In this document: positions 39,053 through 48,524 of the stretch, in pieces
Position numbering within the stretch: the stretch's first letter is position 1
Layout of the letters: every line of letters starts with the position of its first letter
From: Thiotrichaceae bacterium
GTDB taxonomy: Bacteria > Pseudomonadota > Gammaproteobacteria > UBA5859
Length of the DNA: 64,000 nucleotides
NCBI GenBank assembly: GCA_041940025.1
Contig: JBGTSY010000005.1
Coordinates: 68,741 to 132,740 of the forward strand
Direction of reading: 5' to 3'
Notes under the pieces: generated by a model
What the model was told of the DNA's origin: nothing
What the model saw: the letters and a program-made list of their open reading frames with translations, nothing else
Database searches by the model: none
Program-made: the position numbers and the translations under genes

Positions 39053-39325
39053 ATGAGCACGATAGCGATGAATGAAAAGAGACCAAGACGAGGTTTACTT
39101 GTTTGCGCTGCGAAATCAGATGATGGAGCGATGCGGATCACGTTAGATGATGTCGCTAGAAAGAATGGCGATGCTTCACGTTGGGATGTGGACTGTTTTG
39201 TCACGTCAAAGGACTACGATGAAAAGCGTTTTGATGAGCTGGATTTTGATGAGAAAGAACTTGCAGATTTTGGTTATTACATTCTTTCCCGGCTTTATGC
39301 TTTCAAAAAACGCGGCGACTTGTAA
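39053..39325 (+). CDS. Putative immunity protein
   Basis: Small ORF 3 bp after the CT stop. Confidence 0.6.
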   Translation: MSTIAMNEKRPRRGLLVCAAKSDDGAMRITLDDVARKNGDASRWDVDCFVTSKDYDEKRFDELDFDEKELADFGYYILSRLYAFKKRGDL

Positions 39326-39414
39326 ATAGCCGAGAAAACCCAATAATTAGGGTCAGATTGGTATTTATTTTAGTGAAGGGTTAGTCTTGAGCCCAGTTTC
39401 TCTGGGAGTTAAAG

Positions 39415-40106
39415 ATGTCCCGCCAATCTCGATATCACCTACCGGGAGTTCCACAACATATCGTACAAAGAGGGAATAATCGGCAGGCTACATTTTTTGC
39501 TGAGCAGGATTATCAACGCTGTCTGCAAGACTTATAAGAAGCCAGTGATCAACATTGATGCGGTATTCATGCCTATGTACTGACGACCAATCATGTGCAT
39601 GTATTGGTTACGCCCCATAAGCCGGATGGGATATCCAAACTGATGCAAAGCCTGTGCAGGCGTTACGTGGTGTCTATCAATCAAACTTATCAACGCACTG
39701 GTGCCTTGTGGGAAGGCAGATATAAAGCTGCATTGATAGAGTTGGATAGTTATTTACTGGTTTGCAGCCGTTATATTGACCTGAACCCAGTCAGGGCCGA
39801 GGGTGTGGTCAAACGTCCTGAGGATTACGCTTGGTCCAGCTATGGGCCGATGCATAGGGTAAAGATGATCCGGTAGTGACACCACATCCCTTATATTTAT
39901 TATTTGGCGCTGCTGCACAAAAACGTCTAGCGGCGTATGCAGCCTTATTTGAATCGCACCTGGACTCAGCGAAGCTCAAAGCCATTCCAGAGAGCCTGAA
40001 TCGAAGCGCCGTATTGGGTACTGATCGATTTGTCGACCAGATAAAATTTTCGTTAGCCCGTCGAGACAGGCCCAGCAAGCCGGGCAGGCCTAAAAAACGA
40101 GAGTAG
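39415..40106 (+). pseudogene. REP-associated tyrosine transposase (RAYT, HUH/Y1 family), inactivated
   Basis: MSRQSRYHLPGVPQHIVQRGNNRQATF...AYVLTTNHVH...LWEGRY...RYIDLNPVRA...WSSY; TAA at 39535, TGA at 39556, frameshift near 39850. Confidence 0.9.
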
Positions 40107-40185
40107 GAGGAAGATGGGCCAGACTAAAATATCGGTCTGCCCCAGATTTGGTAAAGAATAACTCACTTCTCGGTATAATTGGATT

Positions 40186-40263
40186 AAGAAGGTGCAGAAA
40201 TCAGCGCCTCCAGGCTCCCATGCAAGACATATCTTTCCTAAAAGATGTCAACAAGTGAGATAA
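40186..40263 (+). pseudogene. Toxin C-terminal remnant
   Basis: KKVQKSAPPGSHARHIFPKRCQQVR*; homologous to 35206-35280. Confidence 0.55.
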
Positions 40264-40265
40264 AT

Positions 40266-40685
40266 ATGAGTGAAATAAGATATTTAAACACTGATTGTTT
40301 ACTCTATTCAACTGAGGACTTGTCTCCTGTTATCAATGAACTGGGTGAACAACTGATAGTTCTTTGGAATGAGCCAATGGAAGGAAAAAACTCCATAGGA
40401 ATTGAAGTTTTAATAGATGATCCTAATGGTCCTGAAGATCATCTGTCGAGGTTCATGGAGCTATTTAGTAGTCCTTCAATCTTAAGTTTATTGAATTATT
40501 GCTCAAAGAAAATCTTTGATATTGGATTTGAAAGTGGGGATGAATCTCCGATGGCTTATGAACTAAGTACTGGTTTGCTTACTAAGATTGCAGAATTAGG
40601 TTTTTCAATTAATATTCAAATTTACCCAGTTAGTGAAGAGCCGCCGGAATCGGAAAAAGCAATAAGAATAAGGGGACAAGTCTAG
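40266..40685 (+). CDS. Putative immunity protein (paralog of 35283-35666)
   Basis: MSEIRYLNTDC...LWNEP...FDIGFESGD...LGFSINIQIYPV. Confidence 0.75.
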   Translation: MSEIRYLNTDCLLYSTEDLSPVINELGEQLIVLWNEPMEGKNSIGIEVLIDDPNGPEDHLSRFMELFSSPSILSLLNYCSKKIFDIGFESGDESPMAYELSTGLLTKIAELGFSINIQIYPVSEEPPESEKAIRIRGQV

Positions 40686-40706
40686 AATTAGGATAGGTGA
40701 AAAGAA

Positions 40707-40913
40707 GGGGTCACGTACAATGTTAACAGTTTGGGCTATGTATCTGGCCCAGGAGCTTGGGAACTGTGAGCTAAAAAATCTCGAATGTATTTGGTTGAAG
40801 GTGGTCGGAAACCATACCGGGTACAATTAGAACACTACTGAATAAATCTGAAGATAATCCAATATTGTTGAGAAATATTGAGCGTATCAATTGTGAATAA
40901 TAGTCCTGATCCC
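40707..40913 (+). repeat. About 210 bp repeat, copy 2 (RAYT-like HTH tail, more degraded)
   Basis: Aligns along its length with 28891-29100; bounded by GGGGTCA and TCCTGATCCC. Confidence 0.7.
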
Positions 40914-41286
40914 TTGTGTTTTGTAGTATGTACTTTAGCGTGACTTCCAATTATCCCCTAAGTTTATGAAATTTTATGATTTGTAAATGGCTCTAGTTTA
41001 CTTACGCAACTTATTAGCATTTAGTATTCTGGTTCTGATAAGTATCTGCTCAAATAAGCCAAAGCCACCGATGCTGGTTTTGGTCAAATACGATAAGTCA
41101 CTAGTGCGGCAAGTTATTATTCTCTTATGCAAAGAATAGAAATCGCGAGTGTCAAAAGAAGAACCTGTACTATTATTAAAATGGAGAAGACAATTATTTA
41201 TTTTGTATTTCTATGCGATTCAAATACCATTAATGCATATCTTAATGTTAAAGTATCTCAATACACTCTTGTCAGTACCTTAGTAA

Positions 41287-41385
41287 GTAGTCTGCACGAA
41301 GCATAGCGAAATCCGCAGTGCGTTCCGATATGATGTATTATCACCCTAGGAGCGTAGGGCCTAAGCACTGCAAGGCATTGTGCAG
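41287..41385. repeat. Degenerate REP-like element C
   Basis: GTAGTCTGCACGAAGCATAGCGAAATCCGCAG...CGTAGGGCCTAAGCACTGCAAGGCATTG; same two-hairpin layout as elements A and B. Confidence 0.55.
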
Positions 41386-41652
41386 ATCGAATCACTTTAT
41401 CATACGGAAGACATCCTAGACTGTTATTATTCCTAGTCACTAGGAGATACCGCTGTTCTACGGTTAATAAGTTTGAACCTGGCTTGAATGACTCGCGTGT
41501 TTAAAAGAGTGATGACTCCGCGTAAGCGTGACAATTTCAACACAAACCTGTTCATTTTATACTCCTGGATGAGTGGTGCTGCCCACATAGGCAGGTTACC
41601 AGGATGTAGCATAGCGGGATCCAGAGTATCCTCTAAGAGCGAAAGTGCTATC

Positions 41653-43650
41653 ATGAAACAGAAATCAATGCGAGCCGCTCGATACCTGAGCATATTGTTT
41701 TCTGCCTGCGGGCTGCATACCAGTTTTGCCGCTATCGACTGTGAGGGTACGACGGATATTTACGACATCCAAGGCGCGACTCATATTTCACCATTCAATG
41801 AACAACACGTGAAAGTCTGCGGTGTCGTGACGGCAGTCGCGTTTAATGGATTTTATTTGCAAGATCCTATCGGAGATGGCGATCCCGCAACCTCCGATGC
41901 ACTGTTTGTATTGAAACCCGGTGAGACTCCTAAGGTGGGCACAAAGCTACGCTTAACGGGAACGATCACCGAATATATTCCTGGTGGGGCTGCAACGGGA
42001 AATCTTTCTATCACCAATTTAGTAAAACCGAGAATCCTTGCGAGTGCGTTGGGTCAAAAGCTGCCTGATCCGGTGGTGATTGGACGAGGTGGGCGTGTTC
42101 CGCCAAATCGAATAGTGATTTCCGAACCAGAGACTGTGCCACCGATCAATCTACAAAACACTATTCCTGCTCAAGCCAATGCCTTTGATCCTACAATCGA
42201 TGGCATTGACTTTTATGAAAGTCTGGAAGGTATGTTAGTTCGGGTGGTGTCTCCTGTGGCGGTTTCAGCCACGCGACAGTTTGACACCTACAGTGCAGAA
42301 CTGTTCGTGTTGGCTAATCGCGGTAAGGACGTGTATCCAAAGGGAGTACGTACACAAAGGGGAGGAATTAATCTCGTACCTCATCTTGAAAATATGGGAG
42401 ATCACAATCCGGAACGAATTCAGATACAGTTTAACGCCACGCTATTTTCAAGTACGAATTATCCGTCCATAAAAGTAGGCGATCAGCTTGAAGATATCGT
42501 CGGTGTGGTGGGCTATAGCTTTGGTAATTTCGAAGTGAACGCATTACATGAGATTGAGTTCAAACCCAGTCTACAAAAATCGGAACGCGTCAAACAGACC
42601 CTCCCTAGTCAGCTCACCGTCGCTTCATACAATGTGCTCAATTTAAGTGCAGTGCCCGCAGACGATGCACAGCGGCAAAAGATAGCACAGCAGATCCAAC
42701 ACAAACTGCGCGCGCCGGATATTGTTGCGTTGCAGGAAGTTCAAGATAACAACGGTGACAGTAGAGAGTGTTTGCCGAGTGATCCCAGCCCATGCTCTAA
42801 CTTGTTAGATGCCAGTGAAACGCTTCAAAAGTTAGTGGAAGCCATAGAAGCAGTGGGGGGTCCTGCGTATCACTATATTACTGTGGATCCTTTGGTAGAA
42901 ACCCGTGATGACAATCGAGACAACCCCGATATTTTTGGAGGGGTGCCGTTGGGTAATATTCGCAACGCTTTTCTCTATAATCCGAAACGCGTGACTTTAA
43001 AAGAGTATACAGGGTTAACTCGGGAGGTACTTGCCGATAGGGGAGTGACAGCCTGCAAGGCGTTCGATTCTTCAAGGGATCCGCTCGAAGCTGTGTTTGA
43101 GTTCCGCGGACAGACACTGGTATTGATTAACAATCATTTTACTTCCCGGTTCGGATCCACACCGATATTTGGTGGGCCGCAACCATTTATCCAAGCGGGA
43201 GAGTCAGCAAGAGAAGCGCAAGCATTAGCAATGAATCAGGTGACGCACTGGCACCGACAACATAAACACACAAAAATTGTTGTATTAGGTGATCTCAATA
43301 CTTTTGAATTCACCAATGATTTGACCGAAATTTTACCGGGCTCTGGAAAACAAACAATTCTATACAATCTAATAAGTAAAAATCATGATGATAATCGCTA
43401 CTCATTTAACTTTGAGGGCAACTCGCAAACATTAGATCACATCTTCGTCACTCGCCCACTGTTACAAGGGGCAAAATTCGATTTTGTACATGTCAATGTG
43501 GATTATCCACGGCGGTTTTCTGACGTGGTGGCAAGTGATCATGATCCTCTGTGGGCAGCATTTTATTTTGCCAAAAAAGAAGAAGTATTGGGCAAGCTCA
43601 TCGATCTATTTCAAAGCGCAATTGGTAAAGAGTTGCAAGATCATCAGTAG
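41653..43650 (+). CDS. Secreted endonuclease/exonuclease/phosphatase (ExeM/NucH-like, with OB folds)
   Basis: Signal peptide; IYDIQG, GFYLQD, YESLEGM; ASYNVLN, LQEVQD, NHFTS, LGDLN, LDHI, SDHDP; start placed at ATG 41653. Confidence 0.88.
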   Translation: MKQKSMRAARYLSILFSACGLHTSFAAIDCEGTTDIYDIQGATHISPFNEQHVKVCGVVTAVAFNGFYLQDPIGDGDPATSDALFVLKPGETPKVGTKLRLTGTITEYIPGGAATGNLSITNLVKPRILASALGQKLPDPVVIGRGGRVPPNRIVISEPETVPPINLQNTIPAQANAFDPTIDGIDFYESLEGMLVRVVSPVAVSATRQFDTYSAELFVLANRGKDVYPKGVRTQRGGINLVPHLENMGDHNPERIQIQFNATLFSSTNYPSIKVGDQLEDIVGVVGYSFGNFEVNALHEIEFKPSLQKSERVKQTLPSQLTVASYNVLNLSAVPADDAQRQKIAQQIQHKLRAPDIVALQEVQDNNGDSRECLPSDPSPCSNLLDASETLQKLVEAIEAVGGPAYHYITVDPLVETRDDNRDNPDIFGGVPLGNIRNAFLYNPKRVTLKEYTGLTREVLADRGVTACKAFDSSRDPLEAVFEFRGQTLVLINNHFTSRFGSTPIFGGPQPFIQAGESAREAQALAMNQVTHWHRQHKHTKIVVLGDLNTFEFTNDLTEILPGSGKQTILYNLISKNHDDNRYSFNFEGNSQTLDHIFVTRPLLQGAKFDFVHVNVDYPRRFSDVVASDHDPLWAAFYFAKKEEVLGKLIDLFQSAIGKELQDHQ

Positions 43651-43704
43651 AGTGTCGGGGAAACTATCCCGCAACTCTACTTAAAAAATAAGATCAAAAC
43701 TTTA

Positions 43705-44331
43705 CTAGACGGTAGCGTTGTCGGGGATCCGGTATTCAATGCCCTCCTTTTTTAGCGCTAAGCTGAACTCTGGCGCCTGTTGCACTCGATTGACTAGTTC
43801 TATAATACCATCGCTCACTGGTATGCGGACATCAGTAAAAACATTGCCCCAACGTAAATAGACTGCCAGTAAATAATCTATAATGCCGGGCTCGGTACCA
43901 TGCATGAACGGTTTAGTACCCAATATTTTGTCTACTATTTGCCACAGCTCTGACACTCGATTGCCTAGGGCCTGCAATACTTGCTGTTTGCTCGCATTGC
44001 CTTCCATAAGAGTATTCATGGTAAAAAGTTTCGAGTAAGCCGGGTGAAGCGTGGCGTAGTTGAACATTAACCAGCGATAAAAGTCGCTGGTGTCACCTTC
44101 TAACATCGGTGTTTGGCCTGTAGATTGGTACAGATGCAATACAATTGCGGCGCCTTCAGTCATCACCCGTTCACCTTGTTTAAGGGCAGGCACTTGATTG
44201 GTTGGCGAAATCATTTGGTAGTCTGTGATCTCGTCTCGTTTTATGATCTCAACAGGCATGTGCAGTTTATTCATCAATGCGTGTATTCCTGTAGAACAAC
44301 TGCCGGGAATAATATAAAGTTGGTTCACCAT
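43705..44331 (-). CDS. Glutathione S-transferase
   Basis: LYIIPGSCS, PTNQVPAL, MTEGAAI, WLMFNYATLHP. Confidence 0.88.
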   Translation of the reverse strand: MVNQLYIIPGSCSTGIHALMNKLHMPVEIIKRDEITDYQMISPTNQVPALKQGERVMTEGAAIVLHLYQSTGQTPMLEGDTSDFYRWLMFNYATLHPAYSKLFTMNTLMEGNASKQQVLQALGNRVSELWQIVDKILGTKPFMHGTEPGIIDYLLAVYLRWGNVFTDVRIPVSDGIIELVNRVQQAPEFSLALKKEGIEYRIPDNATV

Positions 44332-44359
44332 TTAGTTTCCTATCTTGTTTTATAAAGTG

Positions 44360-44563
44360 TTAACGTTTCAATTTTCTATATTCTGTCACCGGCAGGCCAC
44401 CCACACCCCAATTCTCTAATGGGATCTCATCAATGACTACGAAAGTAGTGGCGGGATCTTTGCCAAGTATCTTTTGCAGCAGTTCTGTGGTGCCTTTGAT
44501 GAGTGCGGATTTCTGTTCTGATGTCACAGTTTCTTGGGTAATACGAATATTGACGTATGGCAT
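44360..44563 (-). CDS. 4-oxalocrotonate tautomerase family protein
   Basis: MPYVNIRIT (catalytic N-terminal Pro)...VVIDEIPLENWGVGG. Confidence 0.88.
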   Translation of the reverse strand: MPYVNIRITQETVTSEQKSALIKGTTELLQKILGKDPATTFVVIDEIPLENWGVGGLPVTEYRKLKR

Positions 44564-44568
44564 AGGTG

Positions 44569-44964
44569 CTATCCTTTCGTTTGTGAAAAGTGAAAAACTT
44601 TTGCAATGATGCGCCACTCTTCGTGCGTTCGAATCAAGCTCAAAACATCTGAGAATCGCTTTGATTCAATGCTGCATTCAACACGCGCGACAGCGACATC
44701 GCTGGAGACTAATTCGATGCTGAGAATGCGATCTTCTCGCGGTTGTTGGGTGTGATGCGGGGCACCTCGTGTGTCCACCCATTTAAAATAGTCGTCCATT
44801 TGTAGTAGTTTTAGAGCCTGATAAGTCGGGCATGCATAAATCGCGGCGGGATGGAAGATCCTACGAAGCAGATCGCTATCACCGTAATAAAGTGCATCGA
44901 AGTAACGCATCAGCAGGGTTGTCAGTGCTTCTATGGAAACATGTTGATCAACTAAGTCTTTCAT
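44569..44964 (-). CDS. NTF2-like (lumazine-binding-like) protein
   Basis: YFDALYYGDSDLLRRIFHPAA...FSDVLSL...WRIIAKVF; start placed at ATG 44964. Confidence 0.8.
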   Translation of the reverse strand: MKDLVDQHVSIEALTTLLMRYFDALYYGDSDLLRRIFHPAAIYACPTYQALKLLQMDDYFKWVDTRGAPHHTQQPREDRILSIELVSSDVAVARVECSIESKRFSDVLSLIRTHEEWRIIAKVFHFSQTKG

Positions 44965-45060
44965 TGGTGATTGAACTCTCGTGTGTGCATCTCGACAACC
45001 AGTGTAGATCGCCCTATCATGTTGATAAATTATCAAATAATGCAATAAGGTTATGCATAA

Positions 45061-45948
45061 ATGCACAACTGGGATGATTTTAGATATTTTCTTGCCGTAG
45101 TAGAATGTGGCAGCATTTCCGGTGCTGCCAGTCAAATAGGTGTGAATCATTCAACTGTCTCTCGCCGACTTCAACAGTTGGAGCAACGGCACGGGGTACG
45201 TTTGTTCGAGCGTACGGATAGTGGCTATGTATTAACCGACGCGGGCGCGTCAATTGTGGACTTTGCTTCTCAAATCGAGCAGAGTGCCATGCAGGCATCG
45301 CGTGTACTGGCAGGTCGGGATGCGCGTTTGGAAGGCAACATTGTGGTGACTATGCCACACGATTTGTTCGAATCCTGCTTAGTGGCACCATTGTGTCAGT
45401 TTTGTCGGCAGTATCCAGCTATTGAGCTCACACTTTCCGTTACCCACGGGTTACGAAATCTAGCCAATCGTGAAGCGGACATCGCTGTGCGACTGACGCC
45501 AACACCTCCGGATTACTTAGTGGGTAAAAGATTAACGCGAATACAACACGGCATTTATGGTCATCGTCGCCTGAATTGGCAGAAAAACACTCCGGTGATA
45601 GTTTGGGGAGGGGAGAAATCGCTACCCCAGTGGGCACAATTGCATTTCCATCGACCCCGTGTCGCACTGCGTGTGGATGACTTGGTCAGCATGCACAGTG
45701 CGGTGGCGGAAGGGTATGGTGTGGCGCGCATGCCCTGTTTTTTTCCGGATAGGGTAGCGCATCCAGAGGTGATTAGATTGCCTATTTCATTGCCGCGATC
45801 CGATTGGGGGCTCTGGTTATTAAGTCATGTGGATTTAAAAAACTCCGCACGGGTCATGCACTGTAAACGTTTTCTGGAAGCGTCGTTAGTGAGTCAATTA
45901 TCCCACTTCCGTGGCGAAGTGAGCGCAGAGGCAGCAGGGTTAAGATAA
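45061..45948 (+). CDS. LysR-family transcriptional regulator
   Basis: NWDDFRYFLAV..GSISGAA...HSTVSRR HTH; READIAVR; divergent from the NTF2/tautomerase/GST operon. Confidence 0.93.
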   Translation: MHNWDDFRYFLAVVECGSISGAASQIGVNHSTVSRRLQQLEQRHGVRLFERTDSGYVLTDAGASIVDFASQIEQSAMQASRVLAGRDARLEGNIVVTMPHDLFESCLVAPLCQFCRQYPAIELTLSVTHGLRNLANREADIAVRLTPTPPDYLVGKRLTRIQHGIYGHRRLNWQKNTPVIVWGGEKSLPQWAQLHFHRPRVALRVDDLVSMHSAVAEGYGVARMPCFFPDRVAHPEVIRLPISLPRSDWGLWLLSHVDLKNSARVMHCKRFLEASLVSQLSHFRGEVSAEAAGLR

Positions 45949-46199
45949 TGTTTAGACCGTATTAGTGATGAGGCTACCTTAAGTGTGATTTGAATAGTGC
46001 GTGTCAATAGATGGGGCACCGCTTCGACGATTATATTGGTCCATTAGAGCGTGTCTTGTCTTTAGATGAATTTAGCTTACTTAGGCTTGATTGATTAGGC
46101 AGTAAAAACAGTTAATCATCTAGTGGAATCAGAACACACTGTTTGATGCTGGGGTAGAAATTTGGTACCCAGTGGGAAATGTGTATGCTTAAAAAGGAA

Positions 46200-47072
46200 C
46201 TAACTGCTTTTGAGCAGTTCCGAAATAAGCTCAAGCGAGTATTCGAACACTTCCTGCGGACGCTCTTGCATAAAACTATGGCTGCCCGCCGTTTCGAACA
46301 CATCTATATTGTCTCTTGTCTGGGCTGCGATCTGGGCCCCTTCCCGAAAGTGTGGGACGGATTGCTTGCCAGATAGGATCCGGGTGGGGTGGGGAACTTT
46401 AGCCACACTAGGCCATAAGCTTTCAACGACGTTATCATACACGCCGGCTTCAATACTGGGTGCACACTTTAGCTCGAAGCGACCATCCGGAAGCCTATTC
46501 ATATTATGATCCAGATATGCTTGAACGGCTTCCTCATGCCAGTTCATAAACATAAATCGCCCTTTTAAATAGTTTCGAACGGTCTCTTCATTCTCAAATA
46601 GAGGATTTTTTTGATGGGTCTTTTCTACTAAAGGCGCAATCATTTGACGATACATGGCTTCATCTTTTTCCGGCACCATAAATGGATCGGTCAAAAATAG
46701 ATGGGTAAAGAGATCCGGTCGTTCGGCCGCGAGAATAAAGGTCATGCAGCCACCGTAACTGTGTCCCATGCCAATGATCTGTTCATATTGTTGAGACAAT
46801 TGATGTTCGTCCATAACGTCTGCAGCCCACTGCACACATTTTTGCCAGCCACAGAACACGCCATCTCCTTTGTCTGATTCTCCGTGACCATGGAAATCGT
46901 GGATAAAAATGTCGAAGTGTTCGGCTAAGCGACTTAAGTAAGGGAGATAGATACGACAAGCGAAAGCGGTACCAGGCAAGAAGTGGATCAAGGGGCCGCC
47001 ACTGCCGGTGATATGGGCGCCTCGGAGTGTGAGTGGTTGAAGTGCTACATACTCCCAAATTTTAACAATCAT
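46200..47072 (-). CDS. Alpha/beta hydrolase
   Basis: DFHGHGES, nucleophile motif GHSYGG, C-terminal GSHSF. Confidence 0.88.
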   Translation of the reverse strand: MIVKIWEYVALQPLTLRGAHITGSGGPLIHFLPGTAFACRIYLPYLSRLAEHFDIFIHDFHGHGESDKGDGVFCGWQKCVQWAADVMDEHQLSQQYEQIIGMGHSYGGCMTFILAAERPDLFTHLFLTDPFMVPEKDEAMYRQMIAPLVEKTHQKNPLFENEETVRNYLKGRFMFMNWHEEAVQAYLDHNMNRLPDGRFELKCAPSIEAGVYDNVVESLWPSVAKVPHPTRILSGKQSVPHFREGAQIAAQTRDNIDVFETAGSHSFMQERPQEVFEYSLELISELLKSS

Positions 47073-47203
47073 AAATCAATACAAACGCTTAATGCATAAT
47101 TTTACAACATGTAAAAAAATAACGTATATTTAATCCCGATCCTTGAAATTACTGTATCATTTATCATATTTTCAGAATAATAATTTTCGCCAGAGGGAAA
47201 CAA

Positions 47204-48403
47204 ATGACTATAGCAGACTTTAATCCGTTTGACTTGGAATTGATAAAAAACCCCTATCCAACATATGAAGAATTACGATCAAGAAATGGAGTGTACTATA
47301 ATCAATCTAGGGATTTCTGGGTGGTATCTAGATACGAAGATGTTAAATCAATATTAAAAAACACAAGAGATTTTTCCAGTGCACAAGGTGTTCATCTTAT
47401 GTTCGATACCAATGGCAAAGTTGTTAAGTCTGCTCAGCAGAATGGAGTGCCTTTGCTTATTCAGCTCGATCCCCCATCACATACTCAGGCACGTTCTTTG
47501 ATTCAGAAAGCATTTACGCAAACGAGGGTGATTGAACTGGAGCCAGCTATTCGAAAGATTGTAAAAAGTAAGATAGATAGTTTTATAGATAAAGGTGAGT
47601 GTGATTTTGTAGATGAATTTGCCTCCCCGTTTCCCGTAGATGTAATTTCAATGATGGTAGGATTTGATGAAAAATACAGAAATAAATTAAGAACGGTATC
47701 AAAGGAGTTGGTGCAAACTTCTTCGGACCCGAAGGCATACAGACCTCATGTTATGGAACTATTTCCGATACTAATCGAAGAAATCAATATAAGAAAGAAA
47801 GAACCTAAAGATGATTTACTAAGCGATTTAATCCATGCAGAAGTTGATGGTGAAAGATTAACCGATCCTCAATTGTACACGTTCTTTTTCTTATTGCTGA
47901 TTGCAGGATCTGAAACAACAACCAATCTGCTTAGTAATTCCATATTGTTAATGCATCAGCACCAGGAGATTCGTAAAGATCTTATAGAAAATACGCACAA
48001 AATACCTGAAGCTGTAGAGGAGTTCTTAAGGCTTGAATCGCCAGCACAAGGATTGGTCAGAACAACAACAAAGAATGTTGTGGTACAAGGAGTTGAAATA
48101 CCCAAAGGAGAAAAGATACTTTTATTGTTTGGTGCGGCAAATCGTGATCCTGATAAATTTTTAAATAATGATAGCATTAATATTGAAAATTCATCAAAAG
48201 ATCATTTGGCTTTTGGTTATGGAGTTCATTTTTGTCTTGGTGCAAATTTGGCAAGACTAGAGGCCAAAATCGCGCTAGAAGAATTTCTAAGTCGTGTCCC
48301 AGATTACGTGGTAGTAGGTCCAGAAATTAATTGGCTAGAATCAGGAATTGTAAGAGGATTAAAAAATCTTAATTTAAGATTTACGCCGTCTTATTCCAAC
48401 TGA
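47204..48403 (+). CDS. Cytochrome P450
   Basis: DPPSH, AGSETT (I-helix), EEFLR (ExxR), FGYGVHFCLG heme ligand. Confidence 0.95.
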   Translation: MTIADFNPFDLELIKNPYPTYEELRSRNGVYYNQSRDFWVVSRYEDVKSILKNTRDFSSAQGVHLMFDTNGKVVKSAQQNGVPLLIQLDPPSHTQARSLIQKAFTQTRVIELEPAIRKIVKSKIDSFIDKGECDFVDEFASPFPVDVISMMVGFDEKYRNKLRTVSKELVQTSSDPKAYRPHVMELFPILIEEINIRKKEPKDDLLSDLIHAEVDGERLTDPQLYTFFFLLLIAGSETTTNLLSNSILLMHQHQEIRKDLIENTHKIPEAVEEFLRLESPAQGLVRTTTKNVVVQGVEIPKGEKILLLFGAANRDPDKFLNNDSINIENSSKDHLAFGYGVHFCLGANLARLEAKIALEEFLSRVPDYVVVGPEINWLESGIVRGLKNLNLRFTPSYSN

Positions 48404-48524
48404 AAACTCCCCTTATGTCCGGGTAGTTGTCTCATTTCCTATTCAAATCAATTGGAGACAATTAGGTTGATGCAACAACTGTTTTGAAAAACTACTAGCC
48501 TAGCTGTAAATCATAAACCGAAAC

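Noticed and set aside
29118-40106. Many in-frame stops suggesting stop-codon recoding or programmed readthrough
   Set aside because: All three stop types occur together with frameshifts, and housekeeping genes end normally at TAA, TAG and TGA; pseudogene decay explains the pattern better
28594-41385. Repeats in the Rhs array as a CRISPR array or integron attC sites
   Set aside because: No regular repeat-spacer periodicity, no cas or intI gene, and no clear RYYYAAC/GTTRRRY ends; the GTAG/CTAC feet fit REP-like elements
41536-41556. Possible Pho box upstream of the secreted nuclease
   Set aside because: Both half-sites are too degenerate and mis-spaced
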